Assembly (NCBI RefSeq): GCF_036321535.1
Contig: NC_087455.1
Location: forward strand, 1,364,001-1,428,000
DNA from: Camelus dromedarius
Taxonomy: Eukaryota
Direction of reading: 5' to 3'
DNA length: 64,000 nt
Under the pieces are notes generated by a model. The model was not told where the DNA came from, made no database searches, and saw only the letters and a list, made by a program, of their open reading frames with translations. Positions within the stretch are counted from its first letter, which is position 1. Each line of letters opens with the position of its first letter. Below, one piece after another: positions 1 through 11,039 of this stretch. The position numbers and the translations under genes are program-made.

Positions 1-199
1 AAGGCATGATGAGAGCCACCCACACCTTCCAGGGCGCTCCGAGGGCCCAGTCACCGACATGCTGCCACGCAGATGTGTGGACACACAAAGCAACTGGAAG
101 GATACAACCCACAAAGAGAACCAGGCAGAATTAAGACAGCGTAAGGAGCATCTCAGGTCAATAGTGGACGGAACAGCCATTCTAAATGATGGAGTCAAG

Positions 200-1330
200 C
201 TAACTGGGCCGCCATCTGAAAAAACACAACGTGGAAGGAGGAGTTCCAAATGGATCAAGGATTTAAATAGGAAAAGGAAAAGGAAAACAAGACTTCTGGT
301 AAAGCTATCAGAAGAAAATATGGAAGAATTCATTTATCACCTGTTTGGAGGAAGGTTTTTTTTTAACTACCACTCAGAATCCAAAAGCGTAAAATAAAAG
401 GCGGTGACAAAGATCTTCTCCTGACCAAACTCCAGCCAGGCTTCTCTAAGTCATTTCTCAGCTAGGCTTCAAGCTTGGCTGTAAAGACTTGAGCAGTCGC
501 TGAGGTCACTTCTGACAGCCCCAGGCCACATCCCTGGGGTGATCCTCCCCAACCCTGCCCCTGCCGCTTGCCTCAGAGTACAGCCTGAGAAAACTCACAG
601 CTGCCCGAGCTGCGTGCCAGCTGGCGCCTGAAGATGGGCCCCCACTCCCAGCCCCCCTGGGAAGGGGCAGGGGCTTACCGTCAGTAAGTGCCAGTTAGCC
701 GGCCCAGGTAGCAAACACAGGGACCAACCTTGTGTTCCTGCTGTGGGAATTTTCACTTCCCTGACTCTGCTGAGCCCCCCTCACCACCTCTCTGCTCCCT
801 CACTCTTGCTTTGAAATGCCCAGTCACGCCTGTGTCAATCCAAGTGGAGGTCGCTTCACACCGGTTCTCTTCCCCACCGAAAAGGTATGTTCATGGTTAA
901 AATCCATCCTTACTACTTTTAACTAGTGTCTGGCTTTGTTTATCTTCGACCATGAAGAAGCAAGCACTTCTGCTCTGCAAAAATGCCAAGACCTGTATCG
1001 AATAGGAAAAAAGTTTTTCTGCCTTTTTATCACAGAGAACTGACTACTGTTATGGTCCATAAAGAAATCGACAGAAAAGTATTTGGGCAACGGACTAGAA
1101 TAGAGAACACAGAAAAGGGAATAGAAGTACCCACCTGAAATACAAAAGCTTGCTCACCGTCACTCGTAATTAGAGAAATGCAAATTCGTACTACAGGGCA
1201 CAGGTCTTGCCCACCATCCGGATCGGTGAAAATCCAAAGCAAGGAGGACGTGCTCTTTTCGACGGTGCTGCGGGGACAGGCACTCACACCTCAAAGGTGG
1301 GAGGACGAAACGGAGGTGGCTATGGGGCAA
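200..1330 (+). mobile_element. Old L1 ORF2-3' remnant, interrupted by an LTR (407-950); its 3' part merges into the CpG island
   Basis: A-rich L1-like text (aaggatttaaat...agaagaaaatatggaagaa) and the L1 hallmark aattagagaaatgcaaatt...actaca at ~1168-1195, homologous to the L1 copies at ~10445 (+) and ~39340-39385 (-). Confidence 0.65.
407..950 (+). mobile_element. ERV1-class solo LTR (MER39/MER34-like)
   Basis: Starts tgacaaagatcttctcctgaccaaactccagccaggcttctct, resembling recalled MER39-type 5' ends; ends ...tttatcttcgacca; flanked on both sides by L1 sequence. Subfamily not verified. Confidence 0.6.
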
Positions 1331-1780
1331 ACGCATCCGGACTGCAAAAAAGTGGAGCCGGCGGCAGGCAGCCTCGTCGCCAGGAGCCTTCTTCCCGCGG
1401 ACCCGCACGCGTGAGGCGTGACGTGCGGCTTTCCGTCTGGTGCGACGCGCTGGCCACAGCACAAGGCCCATCGGAGCAGGCTGTGCGAACGCACGGTGCT
1501 ACATCCAGGCCGCAGCACGCTCTGCCGCCCACCCTCACAACCAGAACCCAAACCAGGAGCGCTCCCCTGCGGAGGCAGAGGCGCCGGCCAGGCCTGCCGG
1601 GAGGGCTGCGGGAGGAGAGCGGCTCGCCGCGCGCGCTCCTCTGGGGCCACGACCTGGGAGAAACCAGCACGCAGGCCCGCGGGGCCCAGGAGGGGACAGG
1701 CCGCAAGCACCTGTGGGCTCCCGGTGCCCTCTCCCCGTGTGCATCCCGCCCAGAGGGGGCCGACCCCTCTCCCCTTTGAC
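1250..1780. promoter_or_regulatory. CpG island, probable LY6K promoter (possibly bidirectional)
   Basis: Dense CpG (e.g. ccgcacgcgtgaggcgtgacgtgcgg with a CRE-like TGACGT) 0.7-1.2 kb upstream of the LY6K ATG exon, which has its own acceptor (cctcacgtccag|2442), implying an upstream non-coding exon. Confidence 0.65.
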
Positions 1781-2459
1781 CCCCACCTGCCAGACAGCAG
1801 GGGGAACTTGGGGAACATTCCTGAAGAAGGGGTAGCGGGGCAGCCTGGAAGGGGGCGGAGTGGGCATGCCTGGGGGCATGAGTTCGGGGGGCCTTGCGAG
1901 AGGAGGGCCGGCCTCAGCATCAGGGGCAGGTGCGCGGGCGGTGGGACTGCAGCCGGCCTGGGGTGGGCCAGGCACTGCAGGGGTACCCAAGCCTTCCTGT
2001 GCCCTGGGGTCAGGCTGCACCAGTGGTGACCTGGCCACAGATGGAGAGGAAGATGGCGCTGGGTGGGCAGGGACCCCATGGGGACTCTTGAGAGAGCAGG
2101 AGTTCACAGCAGCGGGCTGGGGACGAGAGGAGGGAAACCTGGTACAGCCTTCAGGGAACAGCAGCAGGAACACCCACTGAACAGGTCTGCTGGGACATGG
2201 GTGAGGAAGGGCCCAGAGTTCCAGGGGGTGGGGGCTCCCTGGGGACAGAGGGGACTTGGTGGTAGTAACACGCCTAACACCCAGAGGCCACACCCGGCCC
2301 CGGGCCCAAGTGTGAGGAGGAGAGGGTCTGCCCCAGTGTCCAGCAGGGAAGGGCTTTAAGTGGTGGTGGACACACAGGGGCTGGGTCTAACCCTGGAGCC
2401 ACAGGGCTGACCAAGTGGCCCTGCTCACTCCTCACGTCCAGGGCCAGGCATCACTGGAA

Positions 2460-4872
2460 ATGACGGTCCTCCTTGCTTTGCTCCTGATCATGGGCATGCC
2501 GTGGGTGGAGACCAACATTACCGTGTCTGGAAGACAAAGTAAGTGCGCGGCCTTCGGCCTCCTGGGCTGGGAGGAGGAGGTGGGCTGGAATGCAGACACA
2601 GGGGTGGCCTCCATATCTGGATGCTGCCATGGCCCCACGTGGGTCTGGGCAATTGCAGAGCAGAGGACTCAGTGGGCATTAGGAGGGTGGCTGGCTGACT
2701 TGGACACCCAGTGTGGGGGGCCTCTGGATGTGGGCCCCCCAAGGGCGGGCAGGGATGGCTGGTTTATTCCCCAGCACCCAGCTTGCCCCACAATGGCCCT
2801 GCCTTCTTGGCAGAGGCCAAGCCTGACCCCACCCACGTGGGCCTTCTGGGGCTGTCTCTAAGAACAGGAAAGCTGCTGGAGTGTCACCTGCTTCTCCCCC
2901 GGGGAGCGAGTCCTGCCCCAGCGTAGACCCACCAGCGGGCTGCCGCTCTTGGGTCAGGGTGGACGCAAGGCCTCGGGGACGAGGAGTGGGGTGGGCCAGG
3001 AAGCAGGTGGAAAGGACACCTTTGGGAGCAGACTGCACAGCCCTGGAGTCCCTTTTTCTAGAGTACCTGGAGGGGAGATATGTCAGTGTTGTGTGTGGAC
3101 GTGGGGCGCAGTGTTCCCGTGCCAGGCTGTGAGTGTGTGTTTCTGGTGTGAGAGTGCAGGAATGTGTTGGTGCAGGGTGTCTGGGCGTGGGGGTGTGACC
3201 GAGACATGGCCTGTGTGTGGACTGGGGGAGGCCAGGAGAGGAGAGGAGCAGAGGAACTCAGGGGATGGGGCAGGCTGTGGGGAGCGGGGAGCTGGAGGGA
3301 CCCGCTGGCGGTGCTCGCTTGGAGGAAGAGAGGGCTGTTGTCCGTCTGAACGTACTAGAGGGCTGCAGGGTCCACTCTCCTTATGCTTCGATGCCCCGTT
3401 TCAGGACGGCTGAGGTGTCACGTGTGTGAGATAGAGAACAGTTTCGACTGCCAACAGCCAATGGACTGTGACCAGGGCGTTGAGTACTGCTCCACTGCTG
3501 CCGTGAGTGAGTATGAGCCCCGCCCCTGACGGGGCTCCCCAGGCAGCTCAGCAGAGCACTCAGGGCTTGGGGTCTGTCTGTGTCGTCAACAGAGAACAGC
3601 TGACATAAAAGTGAGCCTCTGTTTACACTGGAAGAACAGGGTCCTGTGAAGCCAGGCGTGCAGGCAGGGGCTGGAGGTGACCCCGCTGATGCGAGTGCCA
3701 GCAGAGCCCGAGTCCGGCCACAGCCCCGACCCCTGGCCAGCGCGCAGCAGCGACGGGCAGGGAGAAGTTGGTGGAGATTCCTTTTCATTCACTTCTGAGG
3801 GAAAAATTAAGCTTTACTGACTTCAGATGGCCGGAGGATAGCTTTACGAGAGATGTACATAATAAGGGGCGTGGGCTCCACATGTTCTGAAAAGAGTGGG
3901 CGCGCTTTAAAATGTCTGGAGACCGCCACTCTGTCATCTGTCATTCACCTGAGGATTCTGGCCTCATGAAGAACTCTCTCCCAAGCGGGTGTCTGAAGGC
4001 TCCGCCTGACCCAGCCGCGGCCTTGCTGGGGCCCGAGAAGCAAGCTCCCTCTGGGGGCTCCATGTCCCGGGAAGCGTGCGGGGTGCTGGGTTGGCTGAGG
4101 CGCCAGTCTCCCTGCAGCCTCACGTCACGTAACTCAGTATGGAGCCGCGATGGCCTGGGGACTCGTGCAACAGGGTGAAGTCCTGGGCCTGGCCCGGCTC
4201 CCAGCGCTGGGCCGTGGCCAGGATGGCCAGGAGTCCCTTGCTCCTGTGCAACTGTCTGTGGTCCCAAAGGCCTGAGCCACCCTCGTTTGAGAACTTGAGG
4301 CTTAAAGAGCCAGAGACCCTCAGGCCCAGGTTCCCGAGCCCGGAGACTGGCCAGGGCTGGGGTATCTGGTGCCACACTGCACGCCAGCCATCCCCCACTG
4401 CCCCCCAGAAGCAACTCTGAACGCAAAGGCTTGACTCTCCTCCCAACTCCTGGCCAGGTGCCCTCTTTGAGTGGGGCCTGAGAGTGCTCCCGGCAGGGGC
4501 AGGGCTGGACAGATTTTAGACGGAAACTGCTCATGTTGCCGCCTCCAACTCATGTGCTTCCTCTGTCTCTATTTCCCATCAGGAGTTTTTCCACGGTTCT
4601 TCTATGTTTCAAAGCAATGCATGAAGTACTGTGCGTTAAGCTTTCAGGGGATGCGGACAGCCAAGTCGTTTGTGCTCGTAAAGCCCACGCCCTTCCTGTT
4701 CATCTCGTGCTGCAGGGAGAACCTGTGCAACGTTGAGAAACCAGTCATCGAGGAAAACTCAGAAGATAAATACCGAGAGGTGGGAGGGGCCCCAGACGGG
4801 CAGGGCAGCAGCGCCAGGCTGGTGACTCTCGTGGCACTGGCCTCGGCGCTCCTGGGCCTCAGGCTGCCGTGA
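2460..4872 (+). CDS. LY6K: Lymphocyte antigen 6K, GPI-anchored LU protein, 156 aa; exons 2460-2538, 3405-3506, 4583-4872
   Basis: Spliced: MTVLLALLLIMGMPWVETNITVSGRQRRLRCHVCEIENSFDCQQPMDCDQGVEYCSTAAVRVFPRFFYVSKQCMKYCALSFQGMRTAKSFVLVKPTPFLFISCCRENLCNVEKPVIEENSEDKYREVGGAPDGQGSSARLVTLVALASALLGLRLP. 10 Cys, CC..LCN motif, hydrophobic tail. The FPRFF.V.KQC, C.....EN.F.C and P.PF motifs match human LY6K. Canonical donors (gtaagt, gtgagt); total 471 nt. Confidence 0.9.
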
Positions 4873-4906
4873 TGAAGCCGACTTGCAGATGGTTGGCACC
4901 TGTTGC

Positions 4907-4912
4907 ATTAAA
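4907..4912 (+). terminator. Poly(A) signal ATTAAA of LY6K
   Basis: ATTAAA about 35 nt after the stop, followed by T-rich cttgttttcc. Confidence 0.6.
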
Positions 4913-6849
4913 CTTGTTTTCCATGGATTAGCTCACCGGTGGTCTGACTTCCCAGGGACTTGGAAATGGGGTGAGCGGGCAGGGGGCTCTAGCCAACAGC
5001 TGGAATTAGAGCAAGTCCAAACCTTCCCCACAGTGATTTTGTTTACAAGTTTCTCTTTGAAACCCAGCCTTGTGACTGCTCATTGCTGACAGTCATTCTT
5101 GATTCTGCACGTTGGGGGGCCTCAGTATTGATGGAGGGGAGGGCCTGAGACCCTGCCCCGACTCCTGTGAAGAGCAGTGCTGACATTTCTACTCTTTGCC
5201 AGGAGTCAGAATAATATGGGCCTAAGACATCCCTGGAGTGAGATCCTCCTCGGTCTAGGGGATGGGACAGGACCTCGGGACGGCCCTCTGCGGCCAGCCA
5301 CGGGACCCATGGCTGCTCCCCCCTCAGCTCATGCCGCCAGATTCCAGGAGACAGAAAATGAGGAATTCTGCTGAATAAGCTTGGACTTCACCTGTCAACT
5401 GGCACAGGTACATAGACTCACAAACCCTTCTGTGGACATTTGTCCCACATCTGAGCCTGGTAGGCAGGTAGGCAGCAGCAGGCTCAGCCTTTATGCAGTC
5501 TCGTGGTGAGATGCAGCCCCCTAGACAGTGGAAAAGTCAGGCTGGAGGTTCTGCACAAGCCAGATGCTTTCTCCCTGCGGCGTGAGACCCAGCCCCATCT
5601 GCTGCTCACCTTCCCCCCCAGCTTCTGCCCGCATTCTGGCCACCCCTGACCCGGTCTGACTCAGAGACTGCTGCTGCCACCTGAGATCTTTGCAGACCAG
5701 GTCTCAGTGGCCCCAGGAGGAGGCACGGTGGGGCGGGCAGAGGGTGGTTTCTTTCTGTGCCATCCCTGAGGCAGGGAGGAGGTCCATCTTGGTCACATCC
5801 AGACACTCTAAACCAGAAACCTAAGTCTGTCCAGGGGGACGGCGGGCGGGAAGGGCCCCTGAGGGGTGACTGGCAGCTCCAGGCCTGGAGAAGTTTTCCA
5901 GCACCTACTAGGTTCCTACTGTGGGCCCACCCCTGTTCCAGGCACACGCTCTGTGCTCACACCCTGCTGCTCCTGCCTGTGCCCAGAACAGCGCCTGGGC
6001 CTGTCCTGACGCACATCCTGGGACTGGAGTTTGGGGAGCATCCCTTCTGTGAGGGCAGGCCAGAGAAGCAAAAGGTCAGCTACCTGAGTTCCCATAGCAA
6101 CCTGACACTGCAGTCTCTTCACAAGGAGGGTGGCTGTGTGGGGTGTGAAATAACTGGGAGGCTGAGACGTGTGAGTGTGGAGAATTCCTAACTTTGGATC
6201 TGGGGGGTCTCTGGTGATCTGCTGAGGAGCCCTTTCAGTGACTAGACAATGGGAAACATCAAATTATGGCAGGATGAGGAGACCAAGTGAACTGGGGCAC
6301 ATGTTGTCACCAGTATGACAGATACTCTTTCTAGAAAACTCACTGTGGAAAGAAGGAGACGGTAAGAGAGCGGTATTTAGAAAAAACAGATCAAGGGTCA
6401 ACGTCGGTGCCGCACTCTGAATGTAAAGACTTGGGAGCCTTTATCTGCTAAGAGTGGGAAGCACGAGTGAAGGATGGAAGCAGGAGGTGATGGCCCAGTG
6501 GGTGCAGTGAGGGCCCCGTGCAGGCAGGACAGCATAGGACCAGGGCAGCGGCCGCAGCCCCGACAGGGAGGATAGACACTTCCTCCTGCGACCCAGCACA
6601 GCTGTGGCCAGAAGCACACGGAAAGTTCATGTGTGGGAAGGAGCCAGGAAGCTGAAGGAAAAGACATGAATACTCAGGTCACGGAATCACCACAGACCTG
6701 GACTGAGACACCTGGAGTAAAATGTCCAGATTTCAAGCCAGGAGAAAATCCTAAAAGCTGCCAGAGAGAAAAGACATGTCTTCAAGGGAACAGCAGTTAC
6801 ACCCTGTGCAGACCTCTGTTCAACAGGAGGCAGAGGACCAGACAGTGAC

Positions 6850-8740
6850 AGCTCTGCAGCGTTAAACGACAGTAACTAGAAATTAGCCTGGATTTGAACA
6901 CTTAAATAAAGGCTTTTTCCGATAAGCAAAAAACTGGAATGGTTTACCTTTGACTAGTCACTGCTAAAGGAACTCCCCAAAAGCCTTCTTTAAGGGGAAT
7001 GAGAATAATCCCAGACACATGGAATGCAAGAAGGAATCACAAATTAAGAAAAAATGTCAGTATGTGGTGGTGTGGACTGCACCATGTCCCCCCAAATTCG
7101 TATGTTGCAGTCCTATTCCCCAGTGTGGAGCGAGGAAGTAATTACGGTTAAATGAGGTCAGTATGGTGGGGCCTTGATCCAAAAGAATGGCCTTTGAAGA
7201 CCAGACTCCAGAGAGCTCTCTCTGCTGCGGGAGGACACGGCAAGAGGCCCTCGCCAGAAAGTGGATCGGCCGGCACCTGGCCTTGGACTTGCAGCCTACA
7301 GAGCTGTGAGAGGTGAGTGTCTGCTGTTTACGTCACCTGGTCTGCGATGCTTTGTTGTAGCGGCCCGGGCTGACTGAGGCACGTGGGCAAATCAAAACAA
7401 ACACTGACTAGACAGCACAACAATAATAAATTCTTATTTGGGAGGTTAAAGAAAGTAAGAATACTGGATACAAACGGCATGAAAAGGCGGGAGGGACGTG
7501 ACTAACCACGAAGTGTTCTCCGGTTTCTCAGTGGCTCAGGTTAGAGACAGCAGAGGCATAAAGGGTCAATGCCAAGTGTCACAGAAATGGAGTTTTTACT
7601 GCCAGAGGTTCTGAAAAGAAGTGGATAGAAGAAAGTATAAGTACTAAATAACTGATGACAGCAATACCTTAGCATGCCTTGGTGCCCACAATAAATAAAA
7701 TCAGCGGCTCAAAGACAGTATCAGATTATTAGTGGATTATACTATTAATTTAAGGCAAAAGTCACTAACTGTGAAAGGCGTAAAAGACAAAATGACTCAC
7801 CAGAAAAAAATTTAACAACTTATGTGTATCTAACAGAAGTGCTTCGAAGTGTATAAAGTAAAAAGTGTTAGAACTACAAGGAGAAACGGACAAAACCAGC
7901 AACCTAGTGGAATATTTCAACACACCTCTCCCAACAGCTGACAGACCTGAAGGCAGAAGTTTAGTAAAAATACTGAACACCACAACTAACAGACCTTGTA
8001 CCCTGCACCCAACAGTGACAACATGGGCATTCTGCGCAAAAGCAAGACACCATAATGGAAATGTTCAAATCCTTTCAACTGAACAGTTAACAAAGTCTAC
8101 ACAGAAAACCAAACAGTATACAACAAAACATTGATACAAAGATGGAGCAGCCTCCAGGGGAAAACGGGGAAGCATTTTAACACTTAGGTTCTGAAAAGAG
8201 AAGAACGTGAGACAATTAAGGAATTAAACATGCCATTTCAAGACATAGGAGCTAATATTTTTCCAAAGCTAATTAAGGATATCACCCCACAGGTTTAAGA
8301 AACGCTAAAGAAACTAAAGCAGGATCAAGGAAACTCACACCTACGCACATCACAGTAAAACTGGAGAAACGCAGGAGAAAGAAAATCTTCAGAGCAGCCA
8401 GAGAAAATAGCCCAACACTTCAGGGGCAACGTGGAGACAAATAACCGGGTTCGAAGAGAGACAATAAGCAATGAAAAGCCGGAGACAGTGGAAGGGCATC
8501 GTCAAACCTCTGGCAGACAGTAACTATTAACCTAGAACTTTATACAAAGCAAAAATAGCCTTCAAAATTCAAAGCTAACAACAAACTTAAAATCTCGAAG
8601 AATGTATCACCAGCGGACCACACCAAAAGAAATACAAGGGGCAGGAGAAAAATGATCTCAAGCATGAGCAAAGAAATGCAGAGGAAAAATAGGAAAGGAA
8701 AAAAAGAGCAAAGGCGAGTCAATAAACACAAGTATCACTG
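6850..8740 (+). mobile_element. Old L1 (L1M) fragments, ORF1/inter-ORF/early ORF2 region, nested
   Basis: A-rich sense-strand L1-like text (e.g. tagaactttatacaaagcaaaaatagccttcaaaattc, gtggaatatttcaacacacctctc); ORF 7865-8134 resembles the L1 endonuclease region (VEYFNTPLPTADR). Confidence 0.7.
7063..7381 (+). mobile_element. MaLR LTR (MLT1A-like) inserted in L1
   Basis: tgtggtgg...tgtcccccaaattcgtatgttg...aattacggttaaatgaggtca...ccttggacttgcagcct...ctgtgaga...ctgtttacgtcacctggtctgcgatgctttgttgtagcggcccgggctgactgaggca: typical MLT1 landmarks. Confidence 0.8.
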
Positions 8741-9260
8741 TGTGAAACAGTATCAGGGAGGCCCGGGCTGGGCCACGTAAAGCTCTGAGTAGCACAGGTA
8801 ACGCGAGGGCACGGACAGCGAGGAGTCGCCGGCGGCAGCCGTGGCGCGGCCCGCGGCGATAAAGGAGCCTGCGCCCCGGGAGGCGAAACACGGGGGTGGA
8901 CGAGCATCGCTAGTTCCGGAAAACCTTTACTTACGGACGAGGAAACCTGCATTTCGTGTAGCTGTCGCAGAAGACGCCCGCCCCGCGCCACGTGACTACA
9001 GAAGGCTGCTCTCTCTCGGCTCTCGGGCGCCAGGAGAACAGGCGCCGCGCGGGCCTCGGGCTGCCCGTCGGGGAGCGCAGACCCCCCCCCCCCCCGCGGA
9101 GGGGCGCCTGTGGGGGGCGCGCGACGAAGCAGGCGTCCCCGCCGGGAAGCCCGCAGCCTGCTTCGCTGTCCGGCGGCGGAACTGCGCCCCAGGCGCCGCG
9201 AAACGGCAGGGAGAATGCCCCACCTCCAGGCCTGTCCCAGTTCTGACTTTAGCCGAGGTT
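8740..9260. promoter_or_regulatory. CpG island embedded between L1 segments
   Basis: ~500 bp very CpG-dense block with E-box gccacgtgac (~8987), ETS-like ttccggaa (~8913) and a poly-C run; AT-rich L1 on both sides. Confidence 0.55.
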
Positions 9261-9279
9261 TCCTTAATTAATTCCGCAT

Positions 9280-10990
9280 AACACATAGACTATTGCATCC
9301 AAAAACTGAAAAAATCAATCTTTTCAAGTGAACACAGAGTATTCACCAAATTTTTGTCCAATGCTGGATTATAAAGCAATTCTCAGCAATGTCAGTGGAC
9401 TGAAATCATCCAGAGTGTGTTTTTGACCATAGTGACATTAAATAAGAAACTAATAACAAAAGTTAAAATATTCCCAAATATTTGGAAATTAAGCAATAAA
9501 TTTCTGAATAGCCTGACTCAAAAGTCACAGTGGAAATTAGACAGTATTTCTATTAAGTGACAGTGTGTTTATGACATATTATTACCTGTGGTACGGTGCT
9601 AAAGCCGTGCTTATAAAGAGAAGTTTGTCATCTGAAATCAAGTATTAGTGGGGGAAAGTCCGAAAGCCAGAGATCTGAGTATCTGTTTCAAAAAATCAGA
9701 AAAAGAATAACAAACCCAAAGGAAGTAGAAAGAAACAAAAATTAGTGAAACAGAAATGCACAGAAGAATCAACAAAATCAAGAGGTATTTTTCTGGAAAA
9801 AAACGAACACAACCGATAAATCCCTGGACAGAATGACAGTGACTAAGAGAAGGCACACGCTCTCAGTATCAGGAACGAAAAGGGTGCCTGGTCTACAGGT
9901 CCCAGCAATGTGGAAAAATAAGGGCAAAGGGGGTGGAGGGGTGGGGGTGTAGCTCAAGTGGCAGAGCGTGTGCTTAGCACGCACGAGGTCCGGGGTTCAA
10001 TCCCCAGCACCTCCATTAGAATAAACATACATAAATAGAAATCTTAATTACATCCCCTCCAAAAGTAAAAATAAATAAACTTTAAATAAATATGGAAAAA
10101 GATACCATCTCAGGCTAAGCAGAGTTCTTAGAGTTGATACCAGAAGCAAAATCTATAATAGGAACAGCTGATAAATTGGGCTTCATCAAAATTAAAACGT
10201 TATGTTCTGCTCAAGACTCTGTTCAGAGGTTGAAAAGACAAGCTACAGACGGGAAGGAAATACTTGCAAGCCACGTATCCAACAAGGAAGTATCATCTAA
10301 AATTCCAAGGAACTCTCAAAACTCAACAGTTAAAAAAAGAAAATCTGTAGAAAAGGGACCCCAACACATGAACAGACGTTACACCAACAAGAAGATGGAG
10401 GGGTAAATAAGCCCATGAAAAGATGTCCAGCATCACTATCCTTTATGAAAATGCAAATGAAAGTCACAATGAGCCATCACTATACACCTACCAAAGTGGC
10501 TGAAATAAAAAAATAGTGACCACAGCAAAATGCTGACGAGGTCACCGGGAAACAGTCACCACACGCCACTAGTGAGAGTATAAGATGGCTTCACCATGAT
10601 GGAAAACAGACAGTTTTTTATAAAACTCCACACAACTACCCTAGGACCTAGCAATTGCACTCTTGAGTGCTTTTCCCAGAGAAATGAAGACATTTGTTCA
10701 TACAAAAACCCTGTGGATAAATGTTTATAGCAGCTTCGTTCAGAACAGCCAAAACCTGGAAACAACCCAGATGTTCTTCAGTGGGCAAGTGGTCAAGCCA
10801 GCTGCGGTCCACCCACCTCATGGAATACTTCTCAGCGACAAAGGGGAACAGGCTTGATATGGGCCACAACCTGGGTGTATCTGAAGGGGGCTGTATTGAG
10901 TGAAAAAAGCAGCCACCACCCCCCCCCACACACACATACTATAGGAATCTATTTGCGTATTAGTCCCCAAATGATACAGGCGTTCTCACA
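9280..10990 (+). mobile_element. Old L1 ORF2 and 3' region fragments, with a SINE inserted at ~9940
   Basis: ORF 10134-10406 reads as degenerate L1 ORF2 (DKLGFIKIKTLCSAQDSVQRLKRQATDGKEILASHVSNK); 3' L1 motifs gcaattgcactcttgagtgcttttcccagagaaatgaagacatt. Confidence 0.8.
9943..10092 (+). mobile_element. tRNA-Ala-derived SINE (camelid Vic-1-like)
   Basis: gggggtgtagctcaagtggcagagcgtgtgcttagcacgcacgaggtccggggttcaatccccagcacctcca (9943-10015; A and B boxes, AGC anticodon), followed by an AT-rich tail with internal ttacatcccctcc and ending in aaataaa repeats. Confidence 0.85.
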
Positions 10991-11039
10991 CCATCCAGAA
11001 AGCCAGGACTCGGTGTGGGGAGGCCTGGCAGTAGAGTCC

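Noticed and set aside
9943-10015. Bona fide tRNA-Ala gene
   Set aside because: T-stem mismatch, A-rich SINE tail instead of a T-run terminator, and insertion within L1 indicate a SINE.
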